In this document: piece after piece, positions 19,740 to 30,142 of the stretch
Layout: each line of letters begins with the position of its first letter
Position numbering within the stretch: position 1 is the stretch's first letter
NCBI GenBank assembly: GCA_965660445.1
Contig: CBFIAK010000001.1
Coordinates: 416,001 to 480,000, forward strand
DNA from: Patescibacteria group bacterium
Lineage (GTDB): Bacteria > Patescibacteriota > Gracilibacteria > UBA4473
Direction of reading: 5' to 3'
Length of the DNA: 64,000 nucleotides
Notes under the pieces: model-generated
Told to the model about the DNA's origin: nothing
The model's database searches: none
Seen by the model: only the letters and a program-made list of their open reading frames with translations
Program-made: the position numbers and the translations under genes

Positions 19740-20753
19740 ATGGAACATGTATATGACTGGGACAATGATGGGGTTTGTGCTCGACCAAAAGGAGAGCCTC
19801 CTTACCCTGAAGTGTTTGATACGATTATTATGGGTGCTGGGCCTGCGGGTATGACGGCAGCCATTTATGCGGCACGTCGAAAAATGAAAATATTACTTGT
19901 TACTGGAAAAATAGGAGGACAAATGATGTCTTCTTCTGATATTGAGAACTGGACAGGTGTTGCACAAGCGACAGGTCCAGAGTTAACAAATCAGTTTTTT
20001 AAGCATGTAAAGAAAGTTGATGATGATAATGCTCATTTTGATTTATGGGTCAGAGAAGGTGAGACAATTCAGTCAGTGGGGGGAAATTTTCAAGAAAAAT
20101 TTTGGGTGAAGACGAGTACAGGAAAAATGTTTCGATCAAAAACACTTATTGCAACAACAGGGAAAGTGCCATTAACATTAAATGTACCAGGGGAATCGGT
20201 AGCGATGAAAGGGAATGGGTTATCATTTTGTGCAACATGTGATGCACCATTATACAAAGACAAAAAAATGATTGTTATCGGAGGAGGAAATTCTGCTATG
20301 GATGTTGCTTTGCAACTTGAGAAGTTTACGAATGATATTACTATTTGTGTCTATGGAGGGGAGTTGAAAGGTGAAATCTGTATGCGTGAGAAAATTGAGA
20401 GATCATCCTCTATTCGTGTTGAATGCGGAGTCGATACAAAAGAGATATTACTTCATGAGAATAACGCTGTTCGAGGAATTCGAGTGTTACAAAATGGAAC
20501 AGAGAGAGTCTTTGATTGTGAAGGTATTTTTGAAGAAATTGGACAAGCGCCTGCAACTGAGTTTTTATCAGGTTTCGTAACACTGAATGATCGTCGAGAA
20601 ATACCAACCGATAGACGATGTTGTACAAAAGTACAAGGGTTTTTTGCAGGAGGGGATTGTTCTGATCAAGCACATAAACAGGTAGTAGTGGCAGCGAGTG
20701 AAGGAGCTATTTGTGCCCTTGAAGCTCATGAGTTGTTGCTCCGTACTGAGTAA
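19740..20753 (+). CDS. trxB: thioredoxin reductase / AhpF-like FAD disulfide oxidoreductase
   Basis: GAGPAGMTAAIYAAR, redox CATC, IGGGNSA, FAGGD. Confidence 0.88.
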   Translation: MEHVYDWDNDGVCARPKGEPPYPEVFDTIIMGAGPAGMTAAIYAARRKMKILLVTGKIGGQMMSSSDIENWTGVAQATGPELTNQFFKHVKKVDDDNAHFDLWVREGETIQSVGGNFQEKFWVKTSTGKMFRSKTLIATTGKVPLTLNVPGESVAMKGNGLSFCATCDAPLYKDKKMIVIGGGNSAMDVALQLEKFTNDITICVYGGELKGEICMREKIERSSSIRVECGVDTKEILLHENNAVRGIRVLQNGTERVFDCEGIFEEIGQAPATEFLSGFVTLNDRREIPTDRRCCTKVQGFFAGGDCSDQAHKQVVVAASEGAICALEAHELLLRTE

Positions 20754-20754
20754 A

Positions 20755-21786
20755 TTATGACATTTCTTGTATAAGCGCGAGTAAGACTTCGCAGAAATAA
20801 TCGATATCACTTTCTTGAATACCACTATGAAGTCCAATACGGATAGGGTATTGGTAAGCTGAGTCAGACTCGAATTTCCCAATAACAGGGTTGACTGATA
20901 AAAGATCGGAACTACACGCCGATCCGGTGGATACGCATATATGTTCTTCATCTGATAAGCGTGCCATAAGGTGAGACCCTCGAATATGTGGAAACGAGAC
21001 GCTTACGATTCCAGCTCCTTTTTCTTTTTCAGAATGAAGAATACGAGCTTGTGGAAAATTTTGAACAATAAAGTTGCTCAATTTTTGAGTGAGTTGTGTG
21101 AGTGTTTCTTGATGGGTTTTATCAATAAGGGTAAATGCCTGTGCCATACCAGCGATGAGTTGTGGGTTTTTGGTATGGGTATCACGCATAATGTCAGGGT
21201 AGAGTTCGGGTGAACGTGCATAGAGGATACCCACTGTTTTTGGTCCGTATATTTTATGGGCAGAGAATGATGCGAAATCAATTCCTGCGAGGTTCAGGTT
21301 TGTTTTTCCAAACGCTTGAACCCAGTCACTCAAGACAATACTGTGAGGATGGGTATTTTTTATTGTATCTGCTTCAAACAAAGCTCCTGTTTCGTTGTTC
21401 ATACGCATAAGGCTTATCATTCGTGCCGTTGGAGGAATTGATGATATATCAAATGGGTTAAACTGTTGTATTTCTGGAAAAAAATCTCGTATAGAGCTAT
21501 GTTCAGCCCATGAACAATAGAGTTCATTTGAGGAAAACCGTTTGTGAAACGCCCACAAAACTTTTCTATTGGCATCGGTTCCCCCATAAGTAGGGATAAG
21601 TTGTTGTGGAGCCACATTTAAAACATCGGCAATGGTTTGCAGTGATTGTTGAATAATTTCTTGGGCTTTATATCCAGCGACATGTTTTGAGTTGCTATTC
21701 CCAAACACACCATTGAGTTCGTCCATTCGTGCTTGCACATCAGGATGAATAGGGGTTGTTGATGCCGAATCAAGGTAGAGACTCAT
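20755..21786 (-). CDS. iscS: cysteine desulfurase (IscS/NifS class V PLP enzyme), compact
   Basis: YLDSASTTP, SAHKIYGPK (PLP Lys), STGSACSS catalytic Cys. Confidence 0.88.
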   Translation of the reverse strand: MSLYLDSASTTPIHPDVQARMDELNGVFGNSNSKHVAGYKAQEIIQQSLQTIADVLNVAPQQLIPTYGGTDANRKVLWAFHKRFSSNELYCSWAEHSSIRDFFPEIQQFNPFDISSIPPTARMISLMRMNNETGALFEADTIKNTHPHSIVLSDWVQAFGKTNLNLAGIDFASFSAHKIYGPKTVGILYARSPELYPDIMRDTHTKNPQLIAGMAQAFTLIDKTHQETLTQLTQKLSNFIVQNFPQARILHSEKEKGAGIVSVSFPHIRGSHLMARLSDEEHICVSTGSACSSDLLSVNPVIGKFESDSAYQYPIRIGLHSGIQESDIDYFCEVLLALIQEMS

Positions 21787-21827
21787 GCGATGTTGAGCAT
21801 ACCAATTTTTGCATGAGAATCAAATGA

Positions 21828-22454
21828 TCAGTGTTTTTGTTTTTGAGCTAGTACAACAAAATTTTTGTTGTTTACGCAGTGGGACTCAAGACATTGAAAC
21901 CCATTTTTTTGGGTCAGATTTCGTAGTTCTCTATCACTTACTCGTCTATATGTTCGAGGATATTTTTGAGTACCAAATGGGACGTTCCAGTTTTTAAAGC
22001 GACCTCGAAGGATATTGGGCCAGAAATGTTTTTTTGGTATTTTCCAAGTGGTAAGAAAAAGGATTCCATTCGGTTTGAGCACTCGAAAACATTCGGAGAG
22101 AAACTGGTTTTGTTCATGGCGTGACAAAAGATGATGGAATGAAGCAATACCAATAATCATATCAAATGTATCGGACCCAAAAACGAGAGGTTCTTTCATA
22201 TCCTGAAGAAAAAAGTGATCATGCGGGTATTGAGACCTTGCTATATCTAGAAACTCTTGTGAGTTATCGAACCCAAAATAACACCCTTCTTGGTGACGAT
22301 GTTCAGACAAAAATGATCGCAATCGTCCATTTCCGCATCCCGCATCGAGAATCCGAGCATGAGGGGATATAAATGGGGCGCACATTTCAAACTCTTCCCA
22401 ATGAAAATGGCGAGTACGAGAAAAATCGTGAGCAAAAGAGTCGTATTGTGCCAT
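21828..22454 (-). CDS. class I SAM-dependent methyltransferase (Trm9/ALKBH8-MT-like)
   Basis: YDSFAHDFSRTR..W, LDAGCGNGR, IASFHHL, RVLKPNG. Confidence 0.85.
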   Translation of the reverse strand: MAQYDSFAHDFSRTRHFHWEEFEMCAPFISPHARILDAGCGNGRLRSFLSEHRHQEGCYFGFDNSQEFLDIARSQYPHDHFFLQDMKEPLVFGSDTFDMIIGIASFHHLLSRHEQNQFLSECFRVLKPNGILFLTTWKIPKKHFWPNILRGRFKNWNVPFGTQKYPRTYRRVSDRELRNLTQKNGFQCLESHCVNNKNFVVLAQKQKH

Positions 22455-22539
22455 GCCTTATAAAAGGGATACAAAGGGATGATACTCGTATTTGTAAGGA
22501 GTGCAAATGAAGGATATTTAGGGGAAAACTATTTTTTAT

Positions 22540-22568
22540 TTGCAAAAAATTTTTTTCTGTGGTACAAT
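22540..22568 (+). promoter_or_regulatory. sigma70 promoter with extended -10, facing a non-coding region
   Basis: TTGCAA-17 nt-TACAAT preceded by TGn; AT-rich upstream; no credible + strand CDS follows. Confidence 0.7.
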
Positions 22569-22867
22569 ATCTAGATTTGTTCATTGAAAGTTCGAAAAAA
22601 ACGGAGAGTGTGGAGAAGAGGAGTCCTCTCTTCCCATAAACTATATAATTTTTATTTTCCTATTTTATTATATTGGGCATAAGAGTCGGTATTGCTCTTT
22701 TCCACTCTCTCCGCTTTGCGATGTCGTTCTAGCGCCTATAGACTACGCTTAGAATGCACCACAAAACGCGAGAGGCACGATTTTCAAAAAGACGACTTGT
22801 TCTTCGAAAGAAAAGAAGCCGCCTTCTCGAAAACCGTTTTGAGGTATTTTACCAAAATACAGTCTGT

Positions 22868-22896
22868 ACAATACTTATTTTATAATAACTTGTCAA
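22868..22896 (-). promoter_or_regulatory. sigma70 promoter
   Basis: Minus strand TTGACA-17 nt-TATTGT. Confidence 0.6.
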
Positions 22897-23005
22897 ATAA
22901 GATTCTACACCCAAAGACTCTGATCGGTAACGCAGGAATCCCGATTTATCGGGAAGAGAAGATTACCCAAGCAAGGCAAGAGAACAGATTCCTAGTCAGA
23001 ATCAT

Positions 23006-23076
23006 AAAAGACCGATACTTTATTTTACTCGATAATTATGAGTTTTCAAAATAAAGGACATTATCGGTCTTTTTTT
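23006..23076. terminator. long hairpin/terminator downstream of the AI-2E gene
   Basis: aaaagaccgata...tatcggtcttttttt with inner ctttatttt/aaaataaag stem. Confidence 0.7.
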
Positions 23077-24166
23077 ATTTCCCGAGAATATGTTGGTAAT
23101 CAGTTTTGTAGATATGGAGGAATGCGATAGTAAGGGTGAGAATAATCGGTCCAAGGATAATTCCTTTGAGTCCAAACATTAAAGCTCCTCCTAAAATCAT
23201 AATCATAACAGCGAGTGGATGCAGTGTTGCTTTTGATCCAATAATGTATGGTTTGAGTACATTATCAATATTGGCAACGAGGAGCACAGCCCAAAGGATA
23301 AGAAACACTGCTGATACAATTTCTCCGGATATGAGGAAGTAGACACTTAAAGGAATCCATATAATGGCAGATCCTACATAAGGAATGGGGGAAAGGAGTG
23401 CTCCGAGAGCAGCCCAAAAGATACTGTTTTGGATACCTAAAATACCAAATCCAATTCCAAGGACTATTCCTTGTGCTAGAGCACCGCCGAACATACCAAA
23501 GACAATAGAGTTCATTGCATTTTCTATTCGTACAAATAATGCATTTTTATGGGACATATCAAGAGGGATGAGGGTTTTGATATATTTGATGAAGTTCTGT
23601 CCATCACGAATAAAATAAAAAAGAGCGACGAGGAATATAATCAAATGGATAATAACGATGGATATTTGTTTGATGATATTGGCGGTATGTTCGATTAAAA
23701 ATGCGCTTATAGAACGAACGATATCGGTAGCAGTGTTGGCTATATTTTCAACGGAGAACGGGTTATTTTTTAAGAAACTTTCTGCCCATGCGTGAAGATA
23801 GGGGAATCGGTCAAAGACACTGATATCAAATGATGGTTCGGCATCGAGGTTTTGCAAGGCAATACGCATATGATCGTAGGCGCTATAGGCTTGACCAATA
23901 ATTGAGAGAATAAAAAACGTAAGAGGAATAAGGAAGAGTATTATGATGAGCATAAATGTCACGAACGACGCCACTGAATTAGAAAACTTGATCCATTGCT
24001 GAATAATTTTGTGGAGTGGATATATAGACACCGCTGTCATTCCAGCAGCAAAAAGCGTTGCGAGAAATGGCAAAGCGAAAAAGAATGAGAGAACGACAAA
24101 AAAAAGTGCTGCTCCGAGGAGGAAATTTTCTTGAAACCGATAATTCTGGAATTTTATAGGTGGCAT
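23075..24166 (-). CDS. AI-2E family transporter
   Basis: YPLH, FYFIRDG, SPIPYVGSAIIWIP, IDNVLKPYIIG, FGLKGIILGP. Confidence 0.93.
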   Translation of the reverse strand: MPPIKFQNYRFQENFLLGAALFFVVLSFFFALPFLATLFAAGMTAVSIYPLHKIIQQWIKFSNSVASFVTFMLIIILFLIPLTFFILSIIGQAYSAYDHMRIALQNLDAEPSFDISVFDRFPYLHAWAESFLKNNPFSVENIANTATDIVRSISAFLIEHTANIIKQISIVIIHLIIFLVALFYFIRDGQNFIKYIKTLIPLDMSHKNALFVRIENAMNSIVFGMFGGALAQGIVLGIGFGILGIQNSIFWAALGALLSPIPYVGSAIIWIPLSVYFLISGEIVSAVFLILWAVLLVANIDNVLKPYIIGSKATLHPLAVMIMILGGALMFGLKGIILGPIILTLTIAFLHIYKTDYQHILGK

Positions 24167-24368
24167 TTCGGTTATTACGATGTGTAGTATGAGAAAAGAT
24201 TTTTATTTTTCAAGGTTGGGCATGGTTTTTCAGTGGAATCGTTCTTAAAAGTGTTTTAAAAAAATATTTGAAAAACAATACAAGTTATTTTTTCCCGAAA
24301 ATTTGATTTGTGAAGATGAAGCTCTTATTATGCTTGTGTTTACACATACACATAACACACATATACAT

Positions 24369-24884
24369 ATGAAAAAAACACATGCTGGTTTTTCGCTCAT
24401 TGAGCTCTTAGTTGTGATTGTTATCATGGGGATCTTAGCAACGATTTCTTTGGGAACCTTCCAAGGATTTTTTGCCAAATCTCGTGACTCTGATCGACAA
24501 GCTATTTTCGCAACTCTAAAAACAGCTATTGTAGCTGATAGAACAGGAAGCTCGGAGGGATATGATATTACTCAAGATTCTGATTATAGCGATGTGGAGA
24601 CATATATTGCCACTTTAATGGATGATAATGAGTTAGATCTTTCGTATGATGATGGATGTTATTATGCTGGGTTTGGTACGGATACAGCGAATACAAAGCG
24701 AAATTTCTTCTTGGCTTTCTTAAAAGAAGATACTGGTGAGATGGAATATTTTGGTACAAAAGATGGTATAGCAGCTGCAGCCGCTGTTTATGATTCAAAT
24801 GTTGTGAATGTCTTTGAGGATGGAGGAAACTGTGCGGCAGCAAGTGTTTCTGATTATACAGTAGAGCAGTTGTTTGATTCGTGA
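24369..24884 (+). CDS. type IV pilin / prepilin-type N-terminal cleavage protein
   Basis: MKKTHAG|FSLIELLVVIVIMGILA class III signal, KSRDSDR, C-terminal Cys pair. Confidence 0.93.
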   Translation: MKKTHAGFSLIELLVVIVIMGILATISLGTFQGFFAKSRDSDRQAIFATLKTAIVADRTGSSEGYDITQDSDYSDVETYIATLMDDNELDLSYDDGCYYAGFGTDTANTKRNFFLAFLKEDTGEMEYFGTKDGIAAAAAVYDSNVVNVFEDGGNCAAASVSDYTVEQLFDS

Positions 24885-24916
24885 TTTATTCTTATCTTTT
24901 TTAAAAATAAAAATAC

Positions 24917-24943
24917 AAAAATCGCCTTTCGGGGCGATTTTTT
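24917..24943 (+). terminator. intrinsic terminator after pilin
   Basis: aaaaatcgcc-tttcgg-ggcgattttt. Confidence 0.85.
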
Positions 24944-24950
24944 AAATGCA

Positions 24951-25477
24951 GAAGTATGAATCTAAATTGGAATCTTGAATCTGGAATCTTGAATGAATCA
25001 CAGGAAACACAGGAATGACAAAATCAAAAAACATAAAAATTTAAGTTGGCTGCCTTGGCTGGTGCTGAGGTATTCGAATCTTGAATCCTGAATTTGGAAT
25101 CTTGAATAAATCACAGGAAACACAGAAGCGCAGTGAATCTTTGATTTCAGAATCATGAATTATGAATTAGGAATTATGGAAAAAATCACAAGGTTTTGCA
25201 CAACCTTGTGATTTTTGTGATGGGAACAAGATTCCAGATTCTAGAATAAATCGCAGAAAATACATAAAAATAGTAAATCTTGTTTTGTGTTATTTTGTGA
25301 TTCTTTATAATTTACACTTCTAAATTCACTTTGGCTGCCTTGGCTGGTGCTGAGATATTTGAATCTTGAATCCTGAATCTGGAATCTTGAATGAATCACA
25401 GGAAACACAGGAATGACAAAATCAAAAAACATAAAAATTTAAGTTGGCTGCCTTGGCTGGTGCTAAAGTGAATTTAG
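24951..25477. repeat. modular intergenic repeat cluster (7-mer and 9-mer arrays, direct and inverted repeats)
   Basis: TTGGCTGCCTTGGCTGGTGCT at 25046, 25331, 25444; 90-bp identical copies at 24977-25066 and 25375-25464; GAATCTT/GAATCTG/GAATTAT heptamers. Confidence 0.92.
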
Positions 25478-25541
25478 TCTATATAAAAGGAAAAGATGGG
25501 TACTGGGAAGAAAAACCATTTGGTTTGTCTTCTCAGAAAGT

Positions 25542-27470
<1,929 letters not shown>

Positions 27471-27533
27471 CTAGGGAAAAAGACTGAAAGCGCAAATATT
27501 TACACAAGAAAAAGAGAAGGTCTTTCCGTTGCA

Positions 27534-27989
27534 TTACCGATTACATTCCAATGGGCATGTTTGCAATTCAATACGTTGTTTTTGCTGGCAAATCTCGCAT
27601 GCAAGATCAAGTGCAGATTCAAGTTCTTGGTGGATTTCAGAAAGAGTCTCGTAGCTTGTATGGAGTTGGTTTTGATAAGTGTCATAAAAATATCCTGATT
27701 GTGGGAATATACCAGCTTTTCCTCGAATCATAGGGATGCGTGGAGGAGAATGAATATGGAGCTGAAACTCTTTTTGCCATGCATTATGAAGAATTTCAAG
27801 TTCTGTTATGGTTCGTGAAGTTGATTCGAAATCACTAAATCGAGTACTTTGTGTGGCGTCGGGTATATATGTGTTAATAAGAGAATGGAGTCGTATACTT
27901 GAAGCAAATAATGATGGCATTTTTTGCCAAGAAATCCCAATTACAATGAGCAAAAGAAGAATTAGAAGCCATGAGAATGGATGTTTCAT
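27534..27989 (-). CDS. hypothetical secreted/anchored protein with Cys-rich C-terminus
   Basis: N-terminal hydrophobic helix; CEIC..CPLEC; ATGA overlap with the upstream gene. Confidence 0.75.
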   Translation of the reverse strand: MKHPFSWLLILLLLIVIGISWQKMPSLFASSIRLHSLINTYIPDATQSTRFSDFESTSRTITELEILHNAWQKEFQLHIHSPPRIPMIRGKAGIFPQSGYFYDTYQNQLHTSYETLSEIHQELESALDLACEICQQKQRIELQTCPLECNR

Positions 27990-29218
27990 TTTTGTGGTTT
28001 ACTCATAAGAAGATTTTTAAATATCGCATGAATACCTCTGGCTCCACTGTATGGTGGAGTTTGAGAACCTAAGAAGCTTTCGAGATCTTTATTCCATTGT
28101 TGAAACGCTGAGTGGTTACGGCTTGTACCATTTTCTCCAAAATGTTGACTCTGAATATCCCATTCGCTCATTTCATGGGTGGTGCGTAATTCTTGAAAAA
28201 ACTGAAGTCGTCGATTTTGTTCAGACTCTCTGAGTATTTCTTGTGTTTTTCCAGCACTTCTATTTTGAGTTGGCATATGTATTTCAGGCGCTTTGTTTTC
28301 TTGAAGAAACCGATCAATAATACCATCAAATATATGTAACACTCGGAACGATCGAACACTTTCAGATTCAGGAATACTTTTATCGGGTGGGGTTGTTTCG
28401 ATGACCATCGGGTCGGCACCAATGGCTTTTCCAGTACTTCCTTTGTAGAGTGGTGATTCAAAGACTTGATTTGTTGCGACGCCTGTCATAAGTGATTGTT
28501 GTGAAAGAAGATTCAGTGCGGGCATAATTCCTGCTATATTTCCAGTGATAGAGTCTTCAAATCGAGCATATTCTTTTTGTTGGAGCACGTTTCCTAGTTC
28601 GTCTTCTATACCCTTTTGTGTTTGATACTGCCAGAATTCAGGATTGGTTATTGCCGTTGTAAAAAACTGGTATATTGCAAAAGATGGACGTGGTGGTTTT
28701 TGTTCGTCAAACTTTTCACCGTAAAAGATGGTATCAATCGTATGAAGGTCTTGGATGATATCAAACGGAGAATCATGGAGTGATTCGTTTGCAAAAAGAG
28801 TTCGAAACGTATTTTTGCGAATCAGGTTTTGTTCGAGAATAAGGAGTTCCTGTTCGTAGGCACATAAGTTTTGTATTTGTTCAGATATACGAATAAATTC
28901 ATTGAGAGGTACACGAGGAAATAAAACTCTATCGGGCGGATTTCCATTACAAAAACTATCAATTTGTGACTCAAGTTGTTTTGTGGTATCTGCTGTCTGT
29001 GGATCAAGTGCGTTTTCGATAAGGGTGAGGTGTTGGTAGACTCGTTGAGAAAGTTCTTCTCTCGATTCATTATGAGTGTCATGATAAATCTTTGTGTAGA
29101 CATCTTTAAATCCTTGAAAATCAAGTGACGAAAAATCGGCAATACGTTGCGGATATGACTCTGCGTGAGCCATTCCAAGAAACCAAAAAAGGAGTGTTCC
29201 AAAAAAGAAGTATCGCAT
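27986..29218 (-). CDS. hypothetical secreted protein
   Basis: Signal peptide ending AHA; 410-aa ORF in an operon. Confidence 0.8.
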   Translation of the reverse strand: MRYFFFGTLLFWFLGMAHAESYPQRIADFSSLDFQGFKDVYTKIYHDTHNESREELSQRVYQHLTLIENALDPQTADTTKQLESQIDSFCNGNPPDRVLFPRVPLNEFIRISEQIQNLCAYEQELLILEQNLIRKNTFRTLFANESLHDSPFDIIQDLHTIDTIFYGEKFDEQKPPRPSFAIYQFFTTAITNPEFWQYQTQKGIEDELGNVLQQKEYARFEDSITGNIAGIMPALNLLSQQSLMTGVATNQVFESPLYKGSTGKAIGADPMVIETTPPDKSIPESESVRSFRVLHIFDGIIDRFLQENKAPEIHMPTQNRSAGKTQEILRESEQNRRLQFFQELRTTHEMSEWDIQSQHFGENGTSRNHSAFQQWNKDLESFLGSQTPPYSGARGIHAIFKNLLMSKPQK

Positions 29219-29221
29219 AAT

Positions 29222-30142
29222 CTAAGGGGAGGGGATAGTGGCGTTAATGAATTTTAAAGGATAGGTATCTATTGTCTCTCGAAGAACAGAGAGCGTTTCT
29301 CGAATGAGTTTTAGTTTCTCGATAATCATATTATACCACGCATGAATTCTGTAGTTTTGTTCAAATTTTTGATACAGGAAAAGAGTATCGAGTATCGTTC
29401 TTTTTGCTCGTTTCATTTCTTGAAAGTATGTATTTTGAGTTTCTGTTTTTACTTGGTTCCAGCGTTGAGGTGTGTGGTTATTTTTATTAGGAAATTGTTT
29501 TTCAAGTTCTTTTTGAAATGTGTCATCGTCTTTCATTTTTCCCCAGAGATAGGTTTGGTATCCGCAGTATTCTATAAGCGCTACTTCTGCTACTCGGCAT
29601 ACTGAATAGGGCGTCATAACGCTTGGATATGTTCCATTTTCGCTACACTGTGTTCGAAACTCTTTTCGTTCGATATGTCCTTGATAATTTTCGACTGTAA
29701 TGGGTGTTTGTGTGAAGTTCCCTTTTTCGTCTCGAAAAAAGCATTGGTCTTTATGAAACGAGTCTGGGGGAGTTAACACAGCAAATGGGTCTTCTTTTAT
29801 AAGATCTTGTACTTGTGTAAGTGTTGCTGTTGGGCTTTGAGAAAAAGCATCATTAAAGAGACAATTCATATGAGTATGAAACTCACTGTGTACATCTTTA
29901 AAATCTCGATCGAGGCTATAGTTAATAACCGATTGGCAGAGTTCTTGAACAGCTCCTTCAAACGATACGTCAAGGCTATTTGGAAGTTCGGAAAATCGTA
30001 TTCCTTGCTTTTGGAGTTCTTCAAAACTTGTTAAATCGTCATCAAAAAGAGTATAGGCAAAGCTTGTTTGTCCCCAGAAAAGAAAAGGAAAAATGAAAAA
30101 AAGAAGTATATATTTCACAATTCTATTGTAGAGTTTCTGCAT
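29222..30142 (-). CDS. hypothetical secreted Cys-containing helical protein
   Basis: Signal peptide ending SFA; six Cys; overlaps the GT4 stop. Confidence 0.8.
   Translation of the reverse strand: MQKLYNRIVKYILLFFIFPFLFWGQTSFAYTLFDDDLTSFEELQKQGIRFSELPNSLDVSFEGAVQELCQSVINYSLDRDFKDVHSEFHTHMNCLFNDAFSQSPTATLTQVQDLIKEDPFAVLTPPDSFHKDQCFFRDEKGNFTQTPITVENYQGHIERKEFRTQCSENGTYPSVMTPYSVCRVAEVALIEYCGYQTYLWGKMKDDDTFQKELEKQFPNKNNHTPQRWNQVKTETQNTYFQEMKRAKRTILDTLFLYQKFEQNYRIHAWYNMIIEKLKLIRETLSVLRETIDTYPLKFINATIPSP

Larger units (their letters stand above)
22575..23076. ncRNA. candidate structured non-coding RNA(s), family unknown
   Basis: Long helices at 22602-22713, 22707-22774, 22777-22837, 22901-23003, 23006-23074; convergent promoters; no credible ORF. 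Confidence 0.55.

Noticed and set aside
22575-23076. tmRNA, RNase P RNA, SRP RNA or T-box; also the 22692-23054 ORF
   Set aside because: No tRNA-like acceptor/T arm, GAGGAAAGUCC P4 motif, SRP helix-8 motif or UGGNACC box seen; the ORF starts at TTG, lacks motifs and crosses the hairpins
24951-25477. CRISPR array (21-bp repeat, three copies)
   Set aside because: Spacing is irregular (285 and 113 bp), the intervening sequences are themselves repeats, and no cas genes are present
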